Part shown: positions 24,623-35,629 of the stretch, in pieces
How the letters are laid out: every line of letters begins with the position of its first letter
Position numbering within the stretch: position 1 is the first letter of the stretch
Source of the DNA: Harriotta raleighana
Lineage: Eukaryota
Direction of reading: 5' to 3'
Assembly (NCBI GenBank): GCA_050575255.1
Contig: JBNZDD010013679.1
Location: 2,593,367 to 2,657,366, forward strand
DNA length: 64,000 bases
Translations under genes and position numbers: made by a program
The notes under the pieces: model-generated
The model's input: the letters and a program-made list of their open reading frames with translations, nothing else
Database searches by the model: none
What the model was told of the DNA's origin: nothing

Positions 24623-24822
24623 ATCAACAACATCAAAATTACATTTGTTAGCATCTTTTACATCAGGAGGACATCACAAGGTGCTGGACAGGCAGTATTT
24701 CGGACCCGAGCTGGGGATCGACATTGGGAAGGGTAGAGGGAAACTTCCATGTAGGGTCAGCAGCTTGGGACGTCCTCCCGACATGAAAGACGCTCTATAA
24801 GTGTAATTTAGTTGTTGTTGTT
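24623..24822. mobile_element. Head-to-head pair of L2 3' tails
   Basis: Antisense tail at 24623-24742 and sense tail at 24757-24822 ending in (TTG)n. Confidence 0.85.
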
Positions 24823-24904
24823 GATGTATAAGTGGCATACATATGATACAAGAAAGTGCTGGACCCAATGCAAGAATTATTAAAGGAACACAAGCAGGAA
24901 GTAA

Positions 24905-25135
24905 TACTCTCAACCCTTGCCGAACGTGACTTTCTCGAGTACGGATTCGCCTATACCCGAAGAAATAAATGCTGCACTTTTTTGTGTATACGCGCTTGCT
25001 GGCCCAGCACACATGTGCATTTGGGGGGACGCTGGCAGCTCCTGACTAAGTCCGATGATTCCTCGGCTGGCTGGCCTCACGCACTCTTGGGAGGACGCTG
25101 CCGGCCCTGCCTAAGTCCGATGAGTCCTCAACCTC
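24905..25135. mobile_element. CpG-rich DNA-transposon-like fragment with an internal ~40-bp direct repeat
   Basis: Tigger-like start CAACCCTTGCCGAACGTGACTTT. GGACGCTG..CCTG.CTAAGTCCGATGA.TCCTC occurs twice (~25023 and ~25089). No partner TIR found. Confidence 0.4.
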
Positions 25136-25539
25136 GAATTGCATTGATGGCATTGCATGGCAAACAGAAGAGACAGAGAGAGACCAGTGAGAGTCTCCTA
25201 ACACTTCCAGGACCAAAGGTAAAATAATTTAGCCAAGCTATGTTAGTGTAAGCTGCTGTTTTATTGTCTCCAGTGAGTCAGTGAGAGCAGGGAGAGTGAC
25301 GAGAGGTGGGAGAGTGACGAGTGGGTAGAGCGGGCCAGCCAGCTGTGGCCCTCCTCAGTATGTACCTTGCATTGGTTGGGTGTGGATGTGCCTGGAGGCT
25401 TGAAGTTGGGTAGCCTGTGGATGGATTCCCCTAACCTGTTTTCCAGGAATGTAACCCCTGCGTTTGGTGAAGGCCAACTGTACACCACCAAAGGAGCTGA
25501 ATAAAATGCAAAGATTATTATTATTATGGAATTGCAATA

Positions 25540-25852
25540 CCACTGCTGTATGTCTGGAACCTCTGGAAATTGTTGCTGTATTCCTTCTGATTTAACCTCC
25601 CCCTCCACCACATCATCACCCCCCCCACCCACCCCCAGCCTCACACCACCACCCACCGCCACCCTACTATGCCTGTTTTAAAATCACACCTGCAGACTGT
25701 CTTGTATAAATGTAATGTCGTTGTTGTTGTTGTTTTTGACCGTCCCTCCGGTCAACTCCCATTTCTCTCTGGCTTGGTAAACTGCACTATGGTTCGGTAC
25801 TCTGAGACCTTACCCCATGTGGAAGCCAGTATTAAATGCAAGTTTTTGTTGT
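25540..25852 (+). mobile_element. Decayed L2 3' end with a nested short tail
   Basis: CTCTGGAA...TTTAAAATCACACCTGCAGAC...TTTGACCGT and two (TTG)n tails. Confidence 0.65.
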
Positions 25853-26474
25853 TGTGTAAAACAGTGACATATTGGTGTTGAAGATTGAACACAACAAATC
25901 TACATTTGTTACAATATTGAAAATAAATGATTAACATGTCCTGATGTTACAGTACAATGCTGCTACACCCCAATTCCCAGGCAGCAAATTCCTCTGTACA
26001 ACATACTCCCAGGACTAATACAGTATTGCAGCTCTCTGATGTTCCCAGTCATTAACCTCACTAATACCATCTCCGACCTGGAATTGCTAATCCTTTTGTC
26101 GATGTGCCTCCTCGCCTGTGAAACCCTGTATGTGTGCTTCCTTAATGGTCTTTAACGAATCCTTAACAAGGTAAATCGACCTGTTTTCCCCATTGTCGTG
26201 ACTTTTCTTGTGCTGGTCTTTGGAGCGATAGGAATGCCTAGGGAAGCAACAAATCTAATGTCAGCAGGAACCTCCAATGTTCTGCCCTGTTTATACACAT
26301 CGACATGGTTACTTTAATTAGTGACCTGTGCTCTGGTGGGTTCTACGTTCTCCAGTGTGGAGCATTTACTGCATTCAAACCTATAGTCAGCCCAAAGTTT
26401 CTGAAAGAATAAGTGTAGTTTGGAACTTGCTGATCAAGTTGCCTTGTGTATCTTTCTTTACTCAGTGTTTGTGT

Positions 26475-26670
26475 TTATTCAGAGGGTAATCAATGCCTGG
26501 AACAATTTGCCAGAGATGTTTGTTTGAGGGAAGGATATTGGACTCATTTTTTTTTAAAAAGCTGGAAACATCATGTGTAAAATGGTGTACTGAAAGATGG
26601 GTATTCTGAAAGGATGAGATTGGGTGGGCCAAAGAGCCATCTTCACTCAATCCAATCTTGTGTGTAATCC
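26475..26670 (+). mobile_element. CR1 LINE 3' end
   Basis: FIQRVINAWNNLP motif followed by a CR1-like 3' UTR (GGGCCAAAGAGCC). Confidence 0.8.
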
Positions 26671-27512
26671 TGTGACTGTTGCAGTTCTTTCCCCCATCAC
26701 TCCAATGATATTTCAGGCCCTTCTCACCAATATCTGCCTGGGCTCTATTTGCTCACTCTTTTATTCTAAGACAAGGACTCTTTTCACTCCTGTCTTCCAC
26801 TTACAATAGTTGTTCTTATCAAGAGGGAAATAACAGTATTGTATTAGGACTACTCAGCTAGAAGGTTAGAGACACTTGTTTCGCTTGGTCAAGCATCAGA
26901 AACAACTTACATTTAAATATTTAATGTTGTTAACTGTGCCAAAACACTTTGCAATATTGCAGAGTTAGTCAGACCAGGATGGGAGCTAGACAGGGTAAAA
27001 TGGAGATGACTAAAGGCATAGTCTGCGAAGTATGTCTTTTTTATTTAATATTGTGGTAATTCTAGCTGTAGATTGAAAACGCTAATTGAGCCAATTATTG
27101 GGGCTAGATCCGATGAACTAACAAATTATGGACCATTAGATGATGTACTCTGCCAGCATTATAAATCACAGCCACGCCACCTTAAACTATGCCAGCACAC
27201 TAATAGGTCTTGTTTGAGGACAGCAGCCATGACAATTGTGCCAATTATAGCATCCAACATACTATCAAAGGGGGATGGAATTAAAGCGAGATTGATGTCT
27301 AAAAACTCCATTTGGATTTACAGGCAGTGCTTTTGGTGATGCATGATGATAATGGGAAATCCCATTAAAGGCCCACTTCACCAAAGGCAGTGTACACCAA
27401 CACTCAATAGAAAGTTTTACCCCCTGAGGCACATAAGACAAGAGGAACCCAATCACTTGAATGCATCATGTAAGGATATACAGGACTGTGAGAGAGATGA
27501 CCGACTGTGTGA

Positions 27513-27865
27513 TTCAGACTCTCCAGGGAGTGTTTGATGGAAGCATGTGTAATATTAGCAACTGATTTAAATGGATCATCAATGAGTCCAACTGTTTTGG
27601 CTATGGCTGTGAAAGTGACAGCACCCATTCATTGTCTGGCCACTGGGAGTTTCCAATCAGCATCAGGTGATTTCTCTGCCTTTGGAGGGGCATCACGTCC
27701 AGCTGTATAACAGAGGTGACTGATGCGGTGTTCCAAAAAGCTGTCATGCTCATCCATTTCCACAGAAGATGCAGAGAAACGTAAAGGCAGTGCCAAGGCA
27801 ATGCTGTGATTGGTACCCCAGACATTGCGGGAACGTTGATTGTGTGCATTTGGAAATCTAAGCAC
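27513..27865 (+). pseudogene. PIF/Harbinger (HARBI1-like) DDE transposase fossil
   Basis: FRLSRECLMEACVILATDL...AVKVTAPIHCLATGSFQSASGD, frameshift, SCITEVTDAVFQKA..IHF, then GTPDIAG/DCVHLEI*A. These match the Harbinger GSFQ, CV..VT.AL and G..DC.H motifs. Confidence 0.85.
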
Positions 27866-27899
27866 TAATGGTTATTCTGAAAGTGTATTTAAATCAATA

Positions 27900-28297
27900 A
27901 GAGCCACTGTGGGCTTTCTCCTCCCTACCTCCGTGACATACTAACTCCTTACCAGCCTGTCTGCTCTCTCCGCTAAGTGGACTCTGGCATCCACTTCCCC
28001 AGCCCTGCCCACCCGAGGATCGACTGTCGGCCTTCAATCTCTCTGACCCCAGAGAACTCCATCCCACAGTCCCTTCGCCACATCCCCTCCTTTGCCTTCT
28101 TCAAGGCCCACCTCAAGACTCATCTCTTCGACCATACCTTCGGCCACCCTCCTCCCTCCACCCATCCTAACCTTCCACTACTCCTGATCCCAACCCCAGC
28201 TCGGGTGCATATCCTTGACTACCCAAAACTTTGGGATATCTTCCTGACGTGAAAGGCACTACAAACATATAATTTGTTGTTCTTGTTGTTGTTGTTA
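27900..28297 (+). mobile_element. L2 LINE 3' end
   Basis: NSIPQSLRHIPSFAFFKAHLKTHLFDHTFG and (TTG)n tail. Confidence 0.9.
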
Positions 28298-28361
28298 TGC
28301 AGCTGGATTGACATTTTTGGTAGCCGAAGCAATTTGATTCAGACATGCAGTGCTGCAGGAC

Positions 28362-28500
28362 CAACTCATGTTCAACTCATGACTCCATCATCCATACTCC
28401 ACTGTGAATGTTCTGGTTTGTTTGAGTGGGNCAACTCATGTTCAACTCATGACTCCATCATCCATACTCCACTGTGAATGTCCTGGTTTGGTTGAGTGGG
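28362..28500. other. 69-bp duplication across a single N (probable assembly artefact)
   Basis: 28362-28430 and 28432-28500 differ at 2 positions and are separated by the N at 28431. Confidence 0.85.
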
Positions 28501-28506
28501 ATAATT

Positions 28507-28806
28507 AATAATAATAATCCTTGTATTCGATATAGTGCTTTTCACATCTTCTAGATGTCTCACAGCACTTCGCAGAATATACTGTACAGTGAATTGACTG
28601 TATATATGTGGGCGAAACATGGCAACCATTTGCGCACAGCAGTGTCCCACAAACAGTCGTGGATTGAAATAAACAATTTTTTTTGGAGGGATTATTATTA
28701 GGCACGTGGAGAAAGGAAACTTGCCCAAGATTTCACCCTGCCTGGAATTGAACCCAAGTCTCTCACTAGTAGGGCGAGTGCTCTAAGCACTGAGCTGTAG
28801 GACTGC
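28507..28806 (-). mobile_element. Full-length main-family tRNA SINE
   Basis: Minus-strand B-box GGGTTCAATTCC, TTGGGCAAGTTTCCTTTCTCCAC, body and (ATT)n tail. Confidence 0.92.
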
Positions 28807-29229
28807 AGGTTTGTGGTCATCTAGGATATACACAATTGGTCCTTAAATGCCCAGCGTATTCAGGCTTACACAGGTCTCTGAGTCCATTTACCGTTTAGTA
28901 CATCTGAATAAAAACAACTATCGGGAACCACAAGAGAACCATTTAATATGCATCTCCTCATAGCCATTTACTGCAACAGCAAGAGATGTGAGTGGAGACT
29001 GGCCATTTGCTCATTCAGCCCCTGAATCCCATTGAGTACTCATGCCCTGTGTCTTTATATACATATTTATTGCATATACATACATACATTTACATGTGCA
29101 TTTTTTTGAGGGTAAGGGGATAAACTAAACATTTACTATATAGAAATTTAAGTGTCTATTTGACTAAGATGACTAATTGACAGTGAGTCTGGTTATTGGA
29201 GGAAATCAAGACCATGGACTGAAACTAAG

Positions 29230-29680
29230 CTGCATGATTATGTCCAGAAACCCCAGTAGTGAAGCCCAGCCTAGCACAGACACATTCTGGCAACTTAACA
29301 TAACCTGAGGATTTTAATGCCATGGTGGTTGGCACTGGTGCTCAGATTTAATCTTGGCCAACATCAAACTTGCTGAATGCAGAGTCATGGACCTCTCTAA
29401 GCTTTACAACTTTACTGACAAGCTTTACTGTAATTTTGTCTTCAACAATTTGCCAGGCATAACTCACTGAGGGACTTGGAGAGATGATTCTGCATCATCA
29501 GAATAAGTGTTGTTGCCTACACCAAATCCGTAAATCATTGAGACTGCTATTCCTGCCAACATGTTAGATAACAATAGTTCAATATGGAATACAATGCACA
29601 ATCCTCCAGAGAGGGGAGATGGGATGTCCATCATGTACCACCTGAGGAAAATTTCTGATACTGCACCAACATTCCAGCTT
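29230..29680 (-). mobile_element. Ancient L2-type RT fragment
   Basis: LLLSNML...GFGVGNNTYSDDAESSL resembles L2 LLFNIYM...GFGV.CHQYADDTQLYL. Confidence 0.55.
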
Positions 29681-29890
29681 TGAAACAAAAATAGAAATTG
29701 CTTGGAGCACTCAGTAGGTCAGGCAGCATCTATGAAGTTAAAGAAGTGCCCCAGTTCTGCTGATATGTCATGGACCCGAAACATTGACTCACTTTCCTTT
29801 CTCCATAGCTGCTGCCTGATCTGCTAAGTGTTCCCAGCGATTTCTGTTTTTGTTTCAGATTCCCAGCAACTGCAGTGTTTTCTGTTTTGT
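29681..29890. mobile_element. Penelope-like palindromic repeat with a degenerate hammerhead core
   Basis: Inverted arms at 29681-29737 and 29801-29857 (about 48/57 match). The centre carries CTGCTGA...GTC ATG GAC..CGAAAC. Confidence 0.65.
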
Positions 29891-30259
29891 TTTCCAGCTG
29901 TGAAAGCTGCTTCACTAACCTCCCATTGTCAACTTATTTTCTACAGTGGTTATTACTAAGTACTTGCCTCCCCACTTTCTGAGGAAATGGGGCCAAAGTC
30001 TCTCCATTGAAAATGCTCAATTTAGAGACTTCACTCTTGTTTCCTCACAATATTTCCTTATTTGTTTGTACATCTCGGGTGAGAATGCCATCTCCTGTTC
30101 TGGTCACTTCATCACCAGATGTCAACTCAAGATGAAAAGATAAATTGCAAACTCTCCCAAGAACCTTTTATTGTATTAGCAGCAGTTTAATTGATATGTT
30201 CTGATGGACTTCCCTTTGTCATTTATAAATGCAAGCTGAAAGGTTATAGAAGCCTACAA

Positions 30260-30375
30260 AATAATAATAACAATAATAATATTCTTGCATTTGATATAAC
30301 ACCTTATCACATCATTGAGATGTCTCAAAGTGCTTCACCGGATATACTGTAAATTGGTGTGATTGTGTGTATTCT
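30260..30375 (-). mobile_element. SINE 3' tail
   Basis: (AAT)n TTCTTGCATTTGATATAACACC...GTCTCAAAGTGCTTCAC. Confidence 0.8.
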
Positions 30376-30696
30376 GTGGATGCTGAACATCCACTGAAGA
30401 CAGACACTAAACTTCCTCATTATATTTCCATTGTCCAGATGTCATTAAGTGTATTAACTGAGATATGTTTAGTAGCCTTTAAGCTCTTCTGAGAGCTTAA
30501 AATTGATAACAAACTTGATCAAATATCAATAAGCATGAATCAAGCAGTCCTGAATAATCTTGGGATTCTAGATTCCATACCCTTGAGGAAAGAATTCCCA
30601 CAAGAAATGACATAAGGGACATCCCGATGAACCAGTAATCAGACATTTCTCCACACAGGAAGCCAGCTATCCAATGTTGATATCTGGTTCACAGTA

Positions 30697-31452
30697 AACA
30701 ACAACAGCAACAAAATTACACTTGTATAGCGCTTTTCAGGCTTCGAGACCACATCACTCCCACCCTCGCCCATCTCCACTGGCTCCCCATCCCCCAGAGG
30801 ATCGAATTCAAGATCCTCATCCTTACCTACAAGGCCATTCACGGCCTTGCTCCCTCCTACCTCTCCGACCTACTATCCCCCTATCTACCTGCCCATACCC
30901 TCCGTTCCTCTGGCTCTGGTCTGCTCCACATCCCCTGCCCTAACTGCCCTACCATCGGCGGCCGGGCTTTCAGCCGCTCAGCCCCCAGGCTCTGGAACTC
31001 CATCCCCCAGTGCCTTCGCCTCGCTTCCTCCCTTTCCTCTTTCAAGGCCGGTCTCAAGACCTTTCTCTTCGACCGTGGCTTCAGCTCCCCTCTTGACTCT
31101 CTACCCCCCTCCTCGCTCCCTCCCCTCACCCTGAACATTTCCCCCTGCTCGGGTCCTAAACCAACTGTCCAGCACCTTGGGACGTCCTCCTGACTTGAAA
31201 CGTGCTCTATAAATGCAATCTAGCTGTTGTTGTTGTTTCACGTCGGGAGGACGTCCCAAAGCACTGAACAGTCAGGTCGGGTCCCGAGCAGGGGGGGATG
31301 GGTTGGGGGTNGGGGGGGGGGGGGGGGGGGGAGGTGGGAGCCGAAGGCGCGGTCGAAGAGGAAGTTCTTGAGAATGGCCTTAAAGAAGGAAAGGGAGGAA
31401 GCAAGGCATCACCTCGGGATGGAGTTCCAAAGCGTGGGGACAGAGAGGCTGA
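30697..31452 (-). mobile_element. L2 3' end split by a younger antisense L2
   Basis: Terminal tail at 30697-30738, remainder at 31236-31452. TTTCA is duplicated at the break. Confidence 0.85.
30739..31235 (+). mobile_element. Young 5'-truncated L2 with an uninterrupted ORF2 C-terminus
   Basis: LRDHITPTLAHLHWLPIPQRIEFKILILTYKAIHGLAPSYLSDLL...IGGRAFSRSAPRLWNSIP...FKAGLKTFLFDRGF with no stops. CpGs are retained. Confidence 0.95.
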
Positions 31453-32343
31453 AACTAAAAGCAAAGCAGTGATATATTGAGGGTGTTGGAAACTGTACTG
31501 AGCAAATGAATATCTACTGAGCAAATGAATATTTCCAGGCTTTTCATTTATGTGTTTTGAGGGAGATATGTTCAGGAGAGAAAGCTTGTTTGATACATAC
31601 ATGTGTGGCAGGACTAAATTTGCAAGCACATTGTAAATGTATTATTTTCATCAGAAGGAAAGAATAAGGAAAATAACTTTATCTCTTCCTGAGGAAATCG
31701 ATATGTTTCAGCAGCAAGATTCTTGGAGTGTTATTCACTGGTTCCCTCTTAATTTCCCTTGAAAATACAGATGTTGGTACCATGCTGAGAAGTTTAGTTA
31801 ACAATCTTCCAATCGTCTGGTTGCACACATATGACGTATCATCTCTTCATCTGCTGTTTAACCAAAGGTTAAAGTGCTTGTTACCAGCAGATGACACAAG
31901 ACATGAAGGACAACATAGCATTGCGGCTCAGTAATTGTAAAAAGAGCAATGGCAGCTGGTTGTCAGTGATTGCCTCTCACTGATGCAATTTTACTGATAA
32001 ACACAGGCAGCAAATCCTTTCCTTATTTACCATAGCTGCTTTATGTTCATACTTAGATGTCTGCTTTGCTGCTCGGTCTCGCCTTAGTGTTTTGTAAACA
32101 GAATGGGATTGAGTTCGAACATGACTGTCACACATTCTGTCTCCTGAGTGTGGTCTACAGTTGCTAAGCTCAGATACCTGCATGGACAATATTAATGCTA
32201 CAGGATTTATTACCTGCTCACAGAGAAATACATATACACACATAGCTACACATCTTCCTACATATATTCAGATCTAAAGATAATCTAAAGACACACACAC
32301 ACACCAGTGATCTGGAGTGGGAACACTGTCTGATTCCCTCTCA

Positions 32344-32626
32344 TTTCACCCACAAATATACAGTCAGTTTTTCCTGTTCTCCTTCCCTCTACCCTCTCCT
32401 TGCCACCTTTCCCCCCTAATCCCACTTGCATGACTGTTTGTGGGACACTGCTGTGCGCAATTTGGCTGCTGCTTTTTCACTCACAAATATAGTCAATTTT
32501 TCCTACATTCCTTCCCCCGACCCCTTCGCCCCACTGCTCTGATCACTACTTGACTGTACAGCGCCTTGGACATCATCCCGACATGAAAGGTGCTATATAA
32601 ATGTTATTTTGATCGATTGATTGATT
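32344..32626 (+). mobile_element. Composite SINE/L2-tail element with a (GATT)n tail, copy 1
   Basis: Two modules of SINE body (CACAAATATACAGTCA) plus pyrimidine tract, then an L2 tail. Homologous to 59588-59885. Confidence 0.8.
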
Positions 32627-33185
32627 CCTAATATAGGATTTTTCATGTAAATTATTCATAAAAGCTTTGATCTTCATTGTCATGGTTTGACATTGGGTCG
32701 GAACCCCAACCCACAATGAAATGATTTCCAAACGAGCAATTTCAATAGTAGTAATCTCAGCATTTTTGAATTACCAATGTAATGCTGTGAATACAAAATG
32801 CTATTTTCCCCATAAATAACTGTCACTTAATAATCCTCAGACAGCATTTTCCTCCGAAGTATCTTTAAGTGCAACTGGAGCATTTTGAACAAACAACAAT
32901 TAATGGCCCATAGAAATAACTGAATAGAAAGCCAAGGCTACTGTGATATCAGATCACCCTCATATGAAACAAAGCTGTTTGGAACTCAACAGCCCTTGCG
33001 ACACTTGTGAGTTATGACACCCTTATGGTTTTGTGTATCGGTAAGTTATTCATTCAGTACAATTCCTATTGAACAAGGTTTTGTCCTTTGTTATTGGAGA
33101 TGCTGTCAGCCATTTAAGCGGTCCACATAGTTACTTTACCCGCTCGTCTCCTGTAGGCCGAGTTATTGTTCCATAGTAGCCATGT

Positions 33186-33410
33186 GGAGTTCTGTAGCTT
33201 AGTGGTTAAAACACTCACCTTGCAAGCGAGAAGACCTGGGTTTGATTCCCGGTAGGCTGAAAAACATTTGACAAGTTTCCTTGCTCCACAGGGATCTGTT
33301 TACCTTACAGTAAGAAGGAACCGGGTTAGTCGATTGATGATCACTTTCCCAGAGGTAATAATTGCTTCAAAAAGTTGGCTGCTGCATTTGCTTACCAGAT
33401 ATAATATTAT
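33186..33410 (+). mobile_element. tRNA SINE variant with a longer CORE-like segment
   Basis: A-box TAGCTTAGTGG and B-box GGTTTGATTCCC, then CAAGTTTCCTTGCTCCACAGGGATCTGTTTACCTTACAGTAAGAAGGAACC. Related antisense copies at ~39105-39185 and ~41730-41870. Confidence 0.75.
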
Positions 33411-35156
33411 TCTCTCATATGTACATGATGATTCTAGCCAAGATCAGCACAGACTAGGGATCAAACCCAAGTCTTTCCTTGTTTATATAGCTCGGTATTA
33501 CATCACATCATAGGTGCATTATGCCTGGAGCCTTTGGTGATCCCCATTGTTAATGGATTGCCTACCATATGATAAACTTATATTCTGGACAAACAAACAA
33601 TTTATGAAATTGATATTCACAAATCTATAAATCAATTGAAATAACAGCAATAAGATTCATATTCCTCACATCTGAGACAGTGCTACTATATACATTGATA
33701 GGACGCATCAAAGCACTTCACAAGATTTTATCGTAAAGTGTAGTGACAGTGTATTTTATAGGTGAAAGTGGTAGTTAATTTGCATGATCTATAAACAGCC
33801 ATGAAATGAATAAATATACTTTTGAGCCAATAATAAGTTTAACTTCACAAAATGCACATAGACAGTCCACTTTTCAGTCTCTCGATTCCTCATGTAAGAC
33901 ACGGGTGTGTTGTATCAAAATCAGATTATACAAGCCTTCTCTTCTTTGTGAGATGCTGAGGCAATTGGAAATAAATACATGCATAACTGTGAGGGAAAAG
34001 AAACATATTAAACATTTCATACTTTGACATAAGAATCAAAACTTAAATGGAAACACAACTTCAAAATGCACAAGCTGTGGATCTCAAGAACTTTTGTCCT
34101 CTGTTAAAAAACAACAACAAATCAATTTGCGGCATCTCAGTGACACACACAGAGCCTGCATAGAATGCTGAATAAGAAGGGAAGAAAAAAAATTGTTCTG
34201 GGAACTGTTTTCACTCTAGGCTCACTGAGGAAAGGAACTTGTTAAGATGCAGCAGCATGTCTAACCTTCACATATGTTGTGTTTAAACACTGCATTTCTT
34301 CGCAAACAGCAGCAAATTAAATCATTGCAAAGTGCTGACTTGTGAGCAGAGACAGGCTTGATACAGATGATTTATCCACTTAGACAATAGAATCAGAGTT
34401 GGTGTGTTCCCTTCAAATGTAATGGTAATTTTTGTTGCATCGAGTTTTTAGAAAAAATCATTTTGCCCAGAGGCATTGTGGAGAAGGAACACACATTCTA
34501 TCTGGTTATCTGTGACTCTCTTTTACAATATTGCAGAGGACACAGGATTAAAGGTGTTTATTCAACTTGTTGCTTCTGATCATCCATCTCCTCTCATCCA
34601 GTCAATTCATTATAATTGCAACAACAACTTGTATTTGCTATACTCTCATTAAAATTTACATTTAATTATTTTGAAAAAAAGAATATGTAGATTGCAGCAT
34701 TTAGTGATGAATTATACTGGAACCAAAGTTTGAATCCTGTTTATATTAAATTTATTTTTCTCTATCTCTCTCTCACTTAACAGGCCACAAACACAGGTCC
34801 ACTTACACTTTATCCACAGTCACTACACTTTACAGTAAAGTCCTGTGAAACACGTTGAAATGTTTTGAACAGTGTGATAGGTGCTATACCAAATACAAGG
34901 ATTACGATTATTCTTTACCAGTAGGTTTCTTATTTGGTCACCAAAAAATATTACTGTAATATTATTTTTTACCTCAATGCAACACCTCATTAAATTTCAA
35001 GTTAAGATGGGGCCAAATGTATAAACTGAATTTGGAGTTGTCTCTTTTCAACTCCTACTGAATATGAGTTTGCAGCACAAACACTACCCACTGATTTGCC
35101 ATCTTACTCAGTCTCCTATCATGGTGGTGGATGGGAGATGTGCGAAGTAGAGAACT

Positions 35157-35629
35157 AACAACAACAATCCTTACATTTGATATAGCCCCATCATATCTGG
35201 AGGACATCTCAAAGGACTTCACAGCAAATTATGTTAGCAAATGAAGTAACCTATGTTTGACTGTAATGTCCCACAAACATCCATGAAGTGAATGAGTAAT
35301 TGTTATTTTGAGGGGATTGTTGACCAGAATGCTAGGAGAAATGTCCTTTTCGTTTCAGGATAATGCAATGGGATCTTTAACCTTCACTTGAACAGGTGGA
35401 TGAAACCTCAAGTTAATGTCTCATCTAAAATACATCACCTCCAACAACACAGCGCACCCCCAGCACTGCATTGGAGTGGTAGCCATCTTATACTCCTTCA
35501 GTAGGGTACGTGAAGGGTACTATATAAATGCAAGTTGTTGTTGTAGACTATGTGAGTTCAAATCCTGATGTGAGACTTAAATACACAACCACCTGACTCA
35601 AAGCTGAGAGAGCTACCAACTGAGCCAGG
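35157..35629 (-). mobile_element. Full-length Deu-SINE with a nested short L2 tail (~35485-35543)
   Basis: Tail, ATGGGATCTTTAACCTTCACTTGAACAGG...GTTAATGTCTCATC core, and head GCTACCAACTGAGCCAGG. Confidence 0.85.

Noticed and set aside
24856-25227. 123-aa ORF with a protein-like start
   Set aside because: Runs through a transposon-like fragment with internal direct repeats. No recognisable family.
29468-29641. 174-nt open minus-strand segment with a good acceptor and donor, looking like a coding exon
   Set aside because: The peptide resembles a decayed L2 RT (YSDD for YADD) and lies among TE debris. Exonisation is not excluded but is unsupported.
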